Counted from the whole stretch's first letter, positions 47,739 through 61,229 are shown. The stretch is 63,861 nucleotides of DNA, filler included, from Lama guanicoe (GCA_013239625.1; 155 parts of 155 records of this genome joined end to end with filler, not necessarily neighbours in it); one strand, 5' to 3'. Made by a program: numbers and translations. The notes: generated by a model from the sequence alone, not told the origin.

Positions 47739-50700
47739 NNNNNNNNNNNNNNNNNNNNNNNNNNNNNNNNNNNNNNNNNNNNTTAATTAATTAANNNNNN
47801 NNNNNNNNNNNNNNNNNNNNNNNNNNNNNNNNNNNNNNTCAAGTTTTAGATTTTGAAGGATTATAGTTATGATTTTCAGAAGAATGGAAAGGAATGTATT
47901 TTGAGCTTGAGTTAAAGTTCCCTTTTTGTGATTATAGAAACTATTCTCAGAACTGTAGAAGGAGGGAAAACTTAGAAAAAGAAAGTAGAATAGAGAGGGA
48001 TTGGGTGGCCAGTAAATAGGACAGTAATTGTCTGGAGGGATTCTTTAGACAGAGAAGGTTAAACTTCCGCTCATGAATCCATTTTGCACAGGGCCAAGCA
48101 CTTCCCCTGCCAGTGTCCCGGAGTCACATCAGTGACCACAGAGGAGGCCTANNNNNNNNNNNNNNNNNNNNNNNNNNNNNNNNNNNNNNNNNNNNTTAAT
48201 TAATTAANNNNNNNNNNNNNNNNNNNNNNNNNNNNNNNNNNNNNNNNNNNNTTTTACACATGTTGTCACTTGACTGTCATGTGTGAATCCTACACTTTTA
48301 AGGAGCACGTTTCCACCTTCTCAGGGCAAGTGGGTTTGACAGTAATTTCTTCTACCTCTCCTCTAGCTCTTTGCAACTTAATTGATTTGCAGCTGAAACC
48401 AATTGTCAGTTGAGGCAGTGAAAAAATAGAAAATCCTACAAAGATTTGTTATGTCTAAATGTCGTAGCCTGAGCTGTGGCCCACGTTTCCCAAATGCAGA
48501 GAATTCAGGTATTTGGGGGAACTCCTAAGCTCCTTAAAATAGTGTTTTGAAAAATCTTAAAAAANNNNNNNNNNNNNNNNNNNNNNNNNNNNNNNNNNNN
48601 NNNNNNNNTTAATTAATTAANNNNNNNNNNNNNNNNNNNNNNNNNNNNNNNNNNNNNNNNNNNNCAGAACTTCTCTCACACAAACATGAATATAAAAGTG
48701 GTGAGTGCCACCGTGGGCACCACCCAGTCTCTTAAAAGCATGTGCTATCAAAAAGATAAACAGAATTTAGTCCCGGGCATGTGGGCGTCTGTCCAGCCGC
48801 AAAGATCCAATCCAGGGGGCAGTTCTGCGTGTGCTTCGTTGTCAAGACAGTAAAAGGGAGAAAGTGATGTTGAAAATGCAGAACGGATGCCCTGCAGGAG
48901 GAGGAACTCGGGGAGCCACGGGGCTGCCCTTGGCTGTAAACAGCCAGTGTTGTGCTTTGTGATCTTGTCCCATCAAGNNNNNNNNNNNNNNNNNNNNNNN
49001 NNNNNNNNNNNNNNNNNNNNNTTAATTAATTAANNNNNNNNNNNNNNNNNNNNNNNNNNNNNNNNNNNNNNNNNNNNTGGACAGCTGCGCAAACACAGGA
49101 TTATCGCAGCCCAGCTGGGGCCTGGCTGGCAAAGAGAAGCCACCAATGAGAATCCTGCAACCACAGCCACCCCCGTCCCCTTGTGGCAAAAAAGAAGCCT
49201 GAATTCTAAGTCGGGTAAATGGTCCTTTGGGGCCCTCATCCAACATCTTGACCTGCTGGCTTTCCAAATACAGTCGCTTTGCTTTGCCCCAAGGCTGTCT
49301 TCCCCCCTTATTGGCCTGTCATTTGCACACAGTTGGGGCCACGGTACCAGCATCTTTGTGCATCACCTCTCAGTGTGCAGGGGCCTGGGGNNNNNNNNNN
49401 NNNNNNNNNNNNNNNNNNNNNNNNNNNNNNNNNNTTAATTAATTAANNNNNNNNNNNNNNNNNNNNNNNNNNNNNNNNNNNNNNNNNNNNGGGCATCAGG
49501 GGACCCGCATGACCTGGAACCCGCACCAGGCACCGTTCTCAGTCACTGTGCGCTGATGCCTCTTTCCGCCTCATCTTCGCGTGCCCAGCACCGCGCCTGG
49601 AGTTGTGCTGATGTTCAGTGTGGGCTTGAAAGAACGGAATGGTAGACGACAAACAAATTTATATGAGGCGTTGTTTGAAGGCGTACAACCAACCTTCAAC
49701 ACAGCGTGTGATGCCGGTTGCCGTGGGAGGGGCTGCTGCGGGAGCCAGCGCCAGGTTTCCTTCGTTCAGAGTCTCATGCCCCGCTCTTGAAGTTAGGACG
49801 ATCNNNNNNNNNNNNNNNNNNNNNNNNNNNNNNNNNNNNNNNNNNNNTTAATTAATTAANNNNNNNNNNNNNNNNNNNNNNNNNNNNNNNNNNNNNNNNN
49901 NNNTGGGGTGTGTCACTGTCGTGGTGGAAGGTCCATGGCCTGAGCGGCAGTGGGATTTCCCCCAAAACTGGAATTAAGGAGAGAGGCCTGAAAAGCCAGA
50001 AGGGTGTGAACACAGGGAGGGGGGCGGCAGGGCGGGAAACACACCCTTGTGTACTTTGCATTCTTTGCCTGCAGCTCCTACGGTCTCCAAGTTGCCTCAG
50101 AAGTCCTCTGGTCTGCGATTTAATGAGGGAGGTCAGCAAATGACGACCCAAAGATCCTGTTGGGCCCATGGACTATTTTTGTACAGCTGTTAGGCAGTTA
50201 GATAAGTGGGGGCACCNNNNNNNNNNNNNNNNNNNNNNNNNNNNNNNNNNNNNNNNNNNNTTAATTAATTAANNNNNNNNNNNNNNNNNNNNNNNNNNNN
50301 NNNNNNNNNNNNNNNNCTTGGGCCAGGCAGATGTGGGACCTCGGGGAAGAGTCCCCAAAGGGCCCACTTCACAGACGGCTGGGGCGACGCAGAGAGCCCC
50401 CCTCTACCACCCCGGAAGCGTCAGCCCACGTGAACGAGTCGGAGCCAGGATCCAGCCTCGTGGGACCAGCCGTCCGGGCACAGAGAGGGCCAATCAGCCA
50501 GCAGATTCTCAGTAACAGGGTAAGAAATAGAATTTCCATGACGGGCCCTTGGATCTGTCCCCTCTCACGTCAGTACATCTGTTAATCCAAGCCCGCAGCC
50601 CCGGAGAACTGACCACTGGCGGGGGGGAGNNNNNNNNNNNNNNNNNNNNNNNNNNNNNNNNNNNNNNNNNNNNTTAATTAATTAANNNNNNNNNNNNNNN

Positions 50701-51796
50701 NNNNNNNNNNNNNNNNNNNNNNNNNNNNNTTCAGGGAGCACAAATGTAATCCTGAAAATTTAAAATACGATGCCAAAATGTGAGAAACCCAACAGGAGGA
50801 CTGAAAGATAAAGGTATCTTGCAGAAAGTGGCAGCCTTTTAAAAGAGAGAAAGCAGAACTGCCCTATTTCTGCTGCTGAATGGGGGGGTCCAGGGGGACT
50901 GTCGCACACGGGTGCTAAGCCGTGTGCTCCTGGCTGGTGGACCTGGGCAGGCTCCGAGGGCAGTGGTCCTGCCTGGGAGAGGCTGGAAAACTGCCGTGCA
51001 GCCAGGGCAGGTGCGAGCCCCGAGATCTCCTGGGGCGACCTGNNNNNNNNNNNNNNNNNNNNNNNNNNNNNNNNNNNNNNNNNNNNTTAATTAATTAANN
51101 NNNNNNNNNNNNNNNNNNNNNNNNNNNNNNNNNNNNNNNNNNGGGCTGGGCGGTGTGGGAAGGCTTTCTGGGGGAGGGACACATGCTGGCCCAAAGGTCA
51201 GGTGCCTTTAAGTAAAGGAAGCGAGTGTTTCAGGCATGTAGGAAAGAGTGAGCCGAGCTGTGGGTGACACCTGTGGCAGTGAGGGAAGTGGTGGGGACCA
51301 GCCTGATGGGGTGGTGGGTGGGAAAAGGGGAGGGTCCTGGGGACTCAGCCCCTCCCCCATGGGTGTCCTCAGGGGCCCCTGTGGATGTGGTGTGACCGGA
51401 ACCTCGCTTCACACCCCTAAGTCCTGAAGGGAGGAGGACCTCATGGCCAGGAGGTNNNNNNNNNNNNNNNNNNNNNNNNNNNNNNNNNNNNNNNNNNNNT
51501 TAATTAATTAANNNNNNNNNNNNNNNNNNNNNNNNNNNNNNNNNNNNNNNNNNNNGGCCCCAGAGAGCGCTTCAGCAGTTATGACGTGGCCAGGTGAGAA
51601 AAGAAGAGGGAAATCCAGAGCTACAGTCTGGAGTGACAAGTGATAAGTGACAAGTGACAGGGATAGATTTGTGCAGGTGTAACAAATTGGTCTGTCTTCG
51701 AGTTGAGATAATTGGTCTATAGTCTGTACACAAGAAAAACAGAATTTTGAAAAGCTTTAGCCAAGTACCAAGTAAAGAAAGCATACCAGAAATTGT

Positions 51797-51868
51797 AGAA
51801 TAATAGATAAACAAGATTCTACTGTATAGCACAGGGAAATACATACAAGATTTTATGGTAGCTCACAG
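51797..51868 (+). mobile_element. 5'-truncated L1 3' UTR
   Basis: aatagataaacaagattctactgtatagcacagggaaatacatacaagattttatggtagctcacag. Confidence 0.8.
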
Positions 51869-53207
51869 NNNNNNNNNNNNNNNNNNNNNNNNNNNNNNNN
51901 NNNNNNNNNNNNTTAATTAATTAANNNNNNNNNNNNNNNNNNNNNNNNNNNNNNNNNNNNNNNNNNNNTTCCTGCTCTTTTCCCCACTCCCCACTTGTCT
52001 GCCCATCTTTGTTTTCTGTCTCTTTCCTCAGTGCTCCTCCCCCCAGCGCCCTCCCTCTTCCCCCTCAGGTGTCCCCTACACCCCATGTCGAGTGACTTCC
52101 GTCTCTTTTCTTCCCAGGACACTCTATCAACCTGCAAGCTCTCGTCTCCCTTTGGAATGAGATGCCAGCAGCTCAGGAGCTCACAGCCCGGTGATGCTGG
52201 CCTTCAACTATCTGTGTACAGCTTTTCTTGTTGTTGTTTTTATTTCTGCTTAATGATCAGTTGTCACTATGAGCAAAGTGTNNNNNNNNNNNNNNNNNNN
52301 NNNNNNNNNNNNNNNNNNNNNNNNNTTAATTAATTAANNNNNNNNNNNNNNNNNNNNNNNNNNNNNNNNNNNNNNNNNNNNTTTGTAATGTAACAGATTT
52401 ATGAAGAAAGAAAAATGCATCATTCAACTAAAATTTTTGCAAAAGAACATGTTACATTCTAATCACTAAAGATACTAAATATAAAAGCAGAGACATTATT
52501 TAAAAATAGACAGTGCATTTGATACAAATCCATTTTAGTTCTTGAAAGGAAAACAAACTTGATACAGTATTTGTTAGTCAAATTATTAAAAAAAAACACA
52601 AATAGTACAATCAGAATTTAGAGAAAGAATGAATCCATAAATATGAAATTAAAGTTGTAGAAGTTAGAGTGACAAGAGAGAGAAGCAAGATGGCNNNNNN
52701 NNNNNNNNNNNNNNNNNNNNNNNNNNNNNNNNNNNNNNTTAATTAATTAANNNNNNNNNNNNNNNNNNNNNNNNNNNNNNNNNNNNNNNNNNNNGAGCAG
52801 ACAGGGCCGGGCTCACCTCTCACTCCAGGCGTCCTCAGAATGACCGTGGCCCCCGCACAGGTCTCTCTTCATGGTCTCTCCGGGAAAGTGTGCATCTTAC
52901 CTGGTGCCTTTTTGTCAAATTACGTTGATTTTTAAAGTCCTTGGTATATGGAAAGGTGACATAGTGAAACAGTAAAGATGAACTCTAAATTGGATAAATT
53001 ACAAACCTTCATAACCTGTATGACAGCAAAGAAATAGGTGCTTTTTATGTTCCATTTTGAGATCACACTTTGTCTAACCATAAATCAGGAGTCTTTCCCA
53101 CATTTATNNNNNNNNNNNNNNNNNNNNNNNNNNNNNNNNNNNNNNNNNNNNTTAATTAATTAANNNNNNNNNNNNNNNNNNNNNNNNNNNNNNNNNNNNN
53201 NNNNNNN

Positions 53208-53520
53208 CCTCTCCCTGGAACACTTGTCCCTTACATCCTTCACATGTCTGGCTTCTTCTCATTGTCTCAGTTGAACGTCACCTCTTCAGGCAGAGCTCTG
53301 CAGACACCTGAACTGAAGTTAGGTGAATCCATTTCTCTCTGTTCCATACCCCTGAAGCACCCTTTTTTCAGGGCGCTTATTTCTATCTGAAATGTTTTTC
53401 CTTGTGCTCGCTTTGGCAGCACATATGCTAAAATTAAGATGTGTTTCCTTGTTAAATGTGTGCTGGATAACAGTTGCCTTCCACCCCTGTCATTAGGTTA
53501 GTTCCATGACAGTAGGGGAC
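53208..53520 (+). mobile_element. L2 3'-end fragment (host of the U6 insertion)
   Basis: ccctggaacac...tggcttcttctcatt...tctcagttgaacgtcacctcttcag...gcgcttatttctatctgaaat...ttccatgacagtaggggac. Confidence 0.7.
53404..53435 (+). pseudogene. RNU6: U6 snRNA retropseudogene, first 32 nt only, tailless, with target-site duplications
   Basis: gtgctcgctttggcagcacatatgctaaaatt versus U6 GTGCTCGCTTCGGCAGCACATATACTAAAATT (30/32). Flanks gaaatgtttttcctt (53389-53403) and aagatgtgtttcctt (53436-53450). Confidence 0.9.
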
Positions 53521-54446
53521 NNNNNNNNNNNNNNNNNNNNNNNNNNNNNNNNNNNNNNNNNNNNTTAATTAATTAANNNNNNNNNNNNNNNNNNNNNNNN
53601 NNNNNNNNNNNNNNNNNNNNTTTCCACCAAATACATCTTTCATCAATCCAAGATTTGTTTTGGAACATGGGGTAACATTGGAGAATGTTTTAAAAATGAT
53701 TATTCACTTGTCCCAAACAACCCATCTTTTCTCAGCTGTACCACTTCAGCTTGCATTCAGTTCTCAGAGGTTTTTTTCCATTTCTGGGTTTTCCATTCTG
53801 TTCCACTGAATGGTCTGCTGCTTCTAGCATCAGCAGTACACATCCAAACTTCCCCTCCTCATCCTTCCTCTTCAGGATTCTCTCGGAAATGTTTACCTTT
53901 ACATTATTTGACCTGAATTTTTAACCATCACTANNNNNNNNNNNNNNNNNNNNNNNNNNNNNNNNNNNNNNNNNNNNTTAATTAATTAANNNNNNNNNNN
54001 NNNNNNNNNNNNNNNNNNNNNNNNNNNNNNNNNTTCCGAGGATCCTTTGACAATGGAGTTACCACTCACGGCGTTTGCTCCCTACATTAGCATCATTGTC
54101 TAACCGCTCATGTAACCACTTAAAAGTGACAAAATTTTCACCTGCAACTACAGCACTGCTCAGCCCAGTATGTGACAGTGGCCATATAAGAATGACTGGC
54201 CACAGGAGCTCAAAAGACAGTGCTGCTTCCTGATCAGATGGTTAACAAAAGCCACTTAAAAGGATGTGATGGCCTCTCACCAGAGGAAATGCTAAAACTA
54301 GAGGACACGTAGAACACTTTTTGACATAAATCATAGCAATTTTTTTNNNNNNNNNNNNNNNNNNNNNNNNNNNNNNNNNNNNNNNNNNNNTTAATTAATT
54401 AANNNNNNNNNNNNNNNNNNNNNNNNNNNNNNNNNNNNNNNNNNNN

Positions 54447-54675
54447 TTTTTTTTTTAAAGGTTATGCTCCATTTATAGTTATTATGAAATACTGGCTGTG
54501 TTCCCCATGCTGTACAATATATCCCTATAGCTTATTTTATACACAATAGTTTGTACCTCTTAATTCCCTACCCTTCTCTTGTCCCTCCTGCTCCCCTCTC
54601 CCCACTGACAACCACTAGTTTATTCTCTATATCTGTGAGTCTGCCTCTTTTTTGTTTTTGTTTGTTTGTTTGTTT
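54447..54675 (-). mobile_element. Artiodactyl L1 3' UTR, antisense
   Basis: ggctgtgttccccatgctgtacaatatatccctatagcttattttatacacaatagtttgtacctcttaattccc...accactagtttattctctatatctgtgagtctg. Confidence 0.9.
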
Positions 54676-56513
54676 GACTGACAAATCCTGCCTCAGGTTT
54701 ATTTGTACAAACAGCACAGGTAGACGCGAGCCCCATGCAGACAGCAGCCCAGGGGTCACNNNNNNNNNNNNNNNNNNNNNNNNNNNNNNNNNNNNNNNNN
54801 NNNTTAATTAATTAANNNNNNNNNNNNNNNNNNNNNNNNNNNNNNNNNNNNNNNNNNNNAACACACAGAAGAGGCTTTATTGGTTTCCTTATTCTTTGAA
54901 GAGCTAAGAAGCAGTAGAGGAAATGGTGAACAGCAGCATTTCAGAGCTCAACACACCAGCCCCTAGAGCAGAGCCACGCAGACGCGGGAAATGACAGACC
55001 ACCGCTGCCCAGAGACGGCAGGGCTTTGTGGCCTGATCTGATGCAGAGACGCTGAGCGGGCAGGCCTGCATCATGTGCTTTGCTAGGTGGCGGCTGGAAC
55101 GGCCCGCTTTCTTCTCTGACGCGCCCACCTGTTTGTATCTGCGGGGCTAGGCGGGGGACTGGCACACTGAGCNNNNNNNNNNNNNNNNNNNNNNNNNNNN
55201 NNNNNNNNNNNNNNNNTTAATTAATTAANNNNNNNNNNNNNNNNNNNNNNNNNNNNNNNNNNNNNNNNNNNNTGTTCTTTCTTGACGTGAATGGTGTCAC
55301 ATGCGGATTTCTAATTATTAAAGTGAACAGGTATGTATATTTTACGTACATTTTAATTTTGAAAAAAAAATTTTCAGTGGGGAAAAAAATCAGAAGACTT
55401 CATTTCCAGCCCTGATATACTCTGTCTGGGACTTCCAGATACGGTTTGGGAAAAGCGAGAAAGGAGTGGCAGCTCTGCAGCATCAGTGCTGCCCAGAGTT
55501 GGGTTCTAACCAAGGACTTGTGATCAGAAGAATAGGCATTAAATACATGATTTGGTGAGGAAGAGTGGATAGGGGTGTGTGCGTGNNNNNNNNNNNNNNN
55601 NNNNNNNNNNNNNNNNNNNNNNNNNNNNNTTAATTAATTAANNNNNNNNNNNNNNNNNNNNNNNNNNNNNNNNNNNNNNNNNNNNGAAAGGAGTAGGGAC
55701 CATGAGCATGTCTTTTGTGGGAGATGCTAAGGGCCCCAAACCAGGTGATGGCGAGAGAAGGAAGAGGAAGGGCTGGCATGGAGTAACTAGAGCCTCTGAT
55801 GTCCTGACCTTAAGCTGATGTGGGATGAGCCTTTCAGGGTCCCTGGCAGAAGCCAGGTAGGTGTTTCCCACACAAGACAGAGTCGGGGGGGGGGCATTTG
55901 AAATCCGACAGACCCACGCCTGATCCCCACCCCGGGAGCAGAACAGCCAGAGCTCAGAAGGAGGCTGTTCCTCTCATAGTCAGCCCCGCACTGTTCCAGN
56001 NNNNNNNNNNNNNNNNNNNNNNNNNNNNNNNNNNNNNNNNNNNTTAATTAATTAANNNNNNNNNNNNNNNNNNNNNNNNNNNNNNNNNNNNNNNNNNNNA
56101 GTTATCCATGAGACCATCATCTTATATAGATCATGTGAGAGATATGTGTAGATGTAAATGCAGATGAGAGAGAATGCATACATCATATGTTAATGTGGCC
56201 CAAACATATTATAAACATGGAGAAAATAAATTAGGAACAGATTTGCTTAAATTTAAAAGCCTTCAAATAAGAAATTGTGTCCAGATTAAGAGAAGAAATA
56301 GGAATTTGATTTTTAAGTACTAGCCCTCAAAGTTCCTTATAAGACATTAAAAAACAGTCAATACACTGGTTTTATTTGTATAGGCTTATGGCATCAAGAA
56401 ATAGACTTTATTGNNNNNNNNNNNNNNNNNNNNNNNNNNNNNNNNNNNNNNNNNNNNTTAATTAATTAANNNNNNNNNNNNNNNNNNNNNNNNNNNNNNN
56501 NNNNNNNNNNNNN

Positions 56514-56826
56514 GAAAGGAGACTGGGTCAGACTCATCTGCTGATCTTGAAGAGTGAGCTTCCTGGAGAGGCCGGAGGCAGCTGGAGTTCTCCCTGGGGA
56601 CACAGACTCCAGCGAGAGCCATTTTGAGGAGCTCGCTCTACCATGAGGACACTGGCACTGGCTTAGAATCCTCCCTCTGGCTTATTAGCCCCAGGACCCA
56701 GACCTAGCCACCGGCCATTCCGTACCAGTACTGGGATGGCTCAAGTCAAGCAGCTAGCCAGGCAGGGATACAGCTCTGCCCACCACCAGGCCAGCTGCCC
56801 GGGACTCCCTGGGCACCCTGGGACCC
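56514..56826 (+). mobile_element. L1 5' UTR fragment (artiodactyl-type)
   Basis: ccctggggacacagactccagcgagagccattttgaggagctc...aatcctccctctggcttattagc...gtactgggatggctcaagtcaagcagct. Confidence 0.6.
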
Positions 56827-56926
56827 NNNNNNNNNNNNNNNNNNNNNNNNNNNNNNNNNNNNNNNNNNNNTTAATTAATTAANNNNNNNNNNNNNNNNNN
56901 NNNNNNNNNNNNNNNNNNNNNNNNNN

Positions 56927-57206
56927 AGACTCGCCCACATGGAGCCTCCAGCAATTTGTCAGTTACAGTTCAGGTCTTCCTGCCCTGGCACCGGCTCCTG
57001 TGCAGCTTTCCGCTCACCGGTCTCCTGCGCTGGTAAGTCCTGATTCTCTGTCTCTACCTGTCTGCCTCTCCAGTTAGGGGGCAGCAGTTTGCCGTGTGAC
57101 CTTTCTTCAGTTACAGATCTATAAAACCTGTTAAATTGTGTGTGTTTGGGATTTTCACTTATTAGGATGGAGTGGTGACTTCCAAGCCCCTTACATGCCA
57201 GACCGA
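56927..57206 (-). mobile_element. Old L1 (L1MD/L1M4-like) 5' end
   Basis: gagcctccagcaatttgtcagttacagttcagg...gggggcagcagtttgccgtgtgacct...ggagtggtgacttccaagccccttacatgccagacc. Confidence 0.65.
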
Positions 57207-57753
57207 ATTTCCCGGTTATCCCAAAATGACCTTCTGTTTNNNNNNNNNNNNNNNNNNNNNNNNNNNNNNNNNNNNNNNNNNNNTTAATTAATTAANNNNN
57301 NNNNNNNNNNNNNNNNNNNNNNNNNNNNNNNNNNNNNNNTCTTGTCTTATGATGCAATTCCCAGATAATCAAGCTGCTCCCTCCCTTGTACTTACTTATT
57401 CCAATACTAAATTTACCGACTATCTGAGAATGAATTGTGTAGAATCCCTTCTTTATGGTTTGACATCAGCTAAAAGTAATGTAACAAGAAAGACGTAGGT
57501 AAGAGATGAACCAGTAGGCAATACAGTAAATGGATAAGAATATGGCTTGTAATGTCCAGCAGGTAGATTTTCCAGTTCCAGCTCAGACACTTAAAAGCCA
57601 TTATGACTTTTGACCAAGTGTTTTTTCTTAATTAAAAAATACTTTTTTATATTNNNNNNNNNNNNNNNNNNNNNNNNNNNNNNNNNNNNNNNNNNNNTTA
57701 ATTAATTAANNNNNNNNNNNNNNNNNNNNNNNNNNNNNNNNNNNNNNNNNNNN

Positions 57754-57825
57754 CCACAACTTCTTTATCCAGTCATCTGTCAATGGACATTTAGGTTGCT
57801 TCGTTGTCTTGGCTATTGTATATAT
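57754..57825 (-). mobile_element. Young L1 ORF2 C-terminal fragment
   Basis: ccacaacttctttatccagtcatctgtcaatggacatttaggttgcttc...tcttggctattgta. Confidence 0.85.
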
Positions 57826-58042
57826 TTATTTATATTTTCTTTACTGTGAACTGCATGCTCACATCTTTTGCCTACTTTTCCATTGGGTTGTTGGTCTTCT
57901 ATATTTTAAAGTAAGGAAATGTATACAAGGAAAATTTTATCTTAGAAACATAAGCCCTTTGTGGTATGAGTTGTAAATAACTTTCTCCTTTTGTCATTTG
58001 CCTTTTGATTTGGCTGTATTGCATCAGTTATTTGCATTTGCT

Positions 58043-58065
58043 TGTGTGTGTGTGTGTGTGTGTGT
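58043..58065. repeat. (TG)n microsatellite at the contig end
   Basis: Direct observation. Confidence 0.95.
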
Positions 58066-58643
58066 NNNNNNNNNNNNNNNNNNNNNNNNNNNNNNNNNNN
58101 NNNNNNNNNTTAATTAATTAANNNNNNNNNNNNNNNNNNNNNNNNNNNNNNNNNNNNNNNNNNNNCCCCCCTCCGGGGGAGGTAATCAGCTCCCAGAAAA
58201 TGGGGGCAGTTCCCAGAAACAGAGAGGGATGAACATTAAGTGGGACCACCTCACACCAGACTGTGTACATTACACCGAACGACAGCGCCACACTGCATCT
58301 ACCTGTTCCTGTGTTACTGGACATTTCTTGCTGCGACTTTTTATAAGATTATAAATAGTGCATGGTTGGGACCTTTCTTTATGCACAAGTCTCTTCTGTA
58401 GTTGGAATTCTTTCCTTTTATATACTTTCCCAGATGCGGAATATAGCTCACAGAGAGTTTTAAGTGGGTTTTTTTTTTTNNNNNNNNNNNNNNNNNNNNN
58501 NNNNNNNNNNNNNNNNNNNNNNNTTAATTAATTAANNNNNNNNNNNNNNNNNNNNNNNNNNNNNNNNNNNNNNNNNNNNCTCCCCTCCCCATCCCTCCCT
58601 TCCCCTCCCCTCTCACCCCCCACCTCCTGCCTGGGTACCTCAG

Positions 58644-58729
58644 GGCCCTGAGAGGACCAGAACATGGAGGTGATGAAGCTGCTGTTCTGGCCCCACATGC
58701 TGGAGTATTTTGGATATGAAAACACATCT
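58644..58729 (+). other. Candidate spliced exon with ATG (MEVMKLLFWPHMLEYFGYENTS), gene unidentified
   Basis: Pyrimidine-rich tract and CAG at 58641-58643, strong Kozak aacATGg at 58664, donor GTGAGT at 58730. No homology recognised. Confidence 0.25.
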
Positions 58730-59821
58730 GTGAGTAAACATCAGACATTGGGTTTCCTCCTTTTTCCTGGGCTCCTTCACACTGTGGTTAAATCACTGCT
58801 TTCTCATGGGGTCCTTGGTGGAAACTCATCGTTGGTGCAGACCAAGGCCCTCAGGGCAGGTTTCTTGACCAGCCTGGAGCGGCCCTGGCCACCNNNNNNN
58901 NNNNNNNNNNNNNNNNNNNNNNNNNNNNNNNNNNNNNTTAATTAATTAANNNNNNNNNNNNNNNNNNNNNNNNNNNNNNNNNNNNNNNNNNNNAATAAAA
59001 GCCAATGAAATTTTTTAAAAATTCTCATTTAATTAAAATTATTTTTCCCTAAGCAAGTAGAGGTGGAAGATTTATTCCTCCATTCCGTCATTTAACAGTA
59101 TAAGAAAATAAAAAGTGATGGAAGGAGCATGTTCTTTGAAACAGGATAATTAGGGAAGATATCTTCTTGGATATCATATTTAAGTAGAGCCTATACACTG
59201 TGAAGGAGGAAGTCAAGTCCCTATGTAAGGGAAAAACATTTTATATAAGAAAATCAGCAATTACATAATTTCTTAAGAAAGACAGTGTTTTACAAGAGTG
59301 ATAGGAANNNNNNNNNNNNNNNNNNNNNNNNNNNNNNNNNNNNNNNNNNNNTTAATTAATTAANNNNNNNNNNNNNNNNNNNNNNNNNNNNNNNNNNNNN
59401 NNNNNNNCATCTTCTTTTCTGTATTTTCTCATTTTTAAAAATTTCTGTGCTTCAGTGGAATATTTTTGTTTATAAGTTGAGTATTGTTTACTAACACTTT
59501 CTTTTGATGTTACATTAATCTGTTGACTTCTCTTAAGGTAGAGACCATCACTCAAGATACTTGAAACCAAAACCCATGCAAAATGTCTGAAATAAAGAAG
59601 TTGAATGTATTACTTGCTAAGCAAGGGTGGACTGTGCATGTTAGACATGGGCTCTCTAAACAAAGCAGTTACTTGTATCTGGTTTAGGGGAAGTCTGCAG
59701 ACCTAAAAAAGCAGGAGTGTTNNNNNNNNNNNNNNNNNNNNNNNNNNNNNNNNNNNNNNNNNNNNTTAATTAATTAANNNNNNNNNNNNNNNNNNNNNNN
59801 NNNNNNNNNNNNNNNNNNNNN

Positions 59822-60135
59822 GTTTTTTTAATTACAGATTCTATTTCTCTCCTAGTGATCAGTCTATTCAAACGGTCTATTTCTTCTTGACTAAGTCTTA
59901 GCAGTCTGCATGTTTCTGGAAATTTTTCCACCTCTTCTAGGTTGCCCAATTTGTTGCAATTGCAATTGCAAATACCTGTTCATAATATTTTCTTATGACT
60001 GTTTGTATTTCTGTGGTATCTGTATCAGTTGTCATTTACCCCCTTTCCTTTCTTATTTAGTTTATTTGGGTACTCTCTTTTTTCTTCAGGTGAATCTGGC
60101 TAGAATTTTGTTGATTTTGTTTATCTTTTCAAAAA
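59822..60135 (-). mobile_element. L1 ORF2 fragment (EN-RT linker)
   Basis: Antisense of FEKINKINKILARFT and PKT*SRRNRPFE*TDH*ERNRICN-type L1 motifs. Confidence 0.85.
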
Positions 60136-60649
60136 NNNNNNNNNNNNNNNNNNNNNNNNNNNNNNNNNNNNNNNNNNNNTTAATTAATTAANNNNNNNNN
60201 NNNNNNNNNNNNNNNNNNNNNNNNNNNNNNNNNNNATATCTCATTCAGCACTCTTTCAGAGGCCTCCTGTGTTACTCAGTCTAGTCTGTTGTTTCTACCT
60301 GCCGCACAAAATCCCCTAGTGTGTATCTACCTCGTTTTACTTCTGTGTTCCCATTGAGATGAGCATCTAGCATGATTCCAGCACCTCACTACCATAAAAG
60401 CTCTGTGACAAGCATCCTTGTACGTGGTCCCTCCTGGATCTGCTCAACATTTTCCATTACACACATTCAGAAGTGGGATTGCAGGGCCAACATGTACGTC
60501 GTTAGACCAGTTACTACCACAAACTCTCCAGAATTACCTCAAAACCATCNNNNNNNNNNNNNNNNNNNNNNNNNNNNNNNNNNNNNNNNNNNNTTAATTA
60601 ATTAANNNNNNNNNNNNNNNNNNNNNNNNNNNNNNNNNNNNNNNNNNNN

Positions 60650-60963
60650 AAATTTTCTTGCCTGATCATTGTGGCTAGGATTTCCAAGACTATAATGTAT
60701 TTAAATTGTGAGAATGAGCAATCTTGTCTTCTCTCAGGTTTTTGTGATAACGGTTGCAGTTTTTCACCATTGAGTATTTTGCTGGCTATATAATTGTCAT
60801 TAATCGCTATTTTTATGTTGACATATGGTCCCTCATTACCCACTGTGTTAAGAACATTTTTTGCAGATAGGTGTTAAAAGTTATCAAACATTTTTTCTGC
60901 ATCTACTGAGATTATCAAGTGGTTTTTTGTCCTCTCTTTTGTTGATATGTTTTATCACAATTG
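60650..60963 (-). mobile_element. L1 ORF2 reverse transcriptase fragment
   Basis: Encodes KNHLIISVDAEKMFD...ILNGEKLQPL...RRQDCSFS...IIVLEILATMIRQE. Confidence 0.92.
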
Positions 60964-61229
60964 NNNNNNNNNNNNNNNNNNNNNNNNNNNNNNNNNNNNN
61001 NNNNNNNTTAATTAATTAANNNNNNNNNNNNNNNNNNNNNNNNNNNNNNNNNNNNNNNNNNNNAAGATGCAGAAAAGCAGTAATGAGAATCAGAAACGCA
61101 TTGTTAGTGACAAATTCAAGCATTAATTAGCCCAGTACAGGTTTAAAAAAAGTGTTTTTGTTTTTTTTAATTTAAGGGTAAGCAACTACTGACGTTAAGT
61201 ATTAACAAGGTAGGCTCAAACTGTAATAA

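Noticed and set aside
52901..53015. Minus-strand exon bounded by a good acceptor and a CAG|GTAAGA donor
   Set aside because: Stops in all three frames, and no evidence for a non-coding exon.
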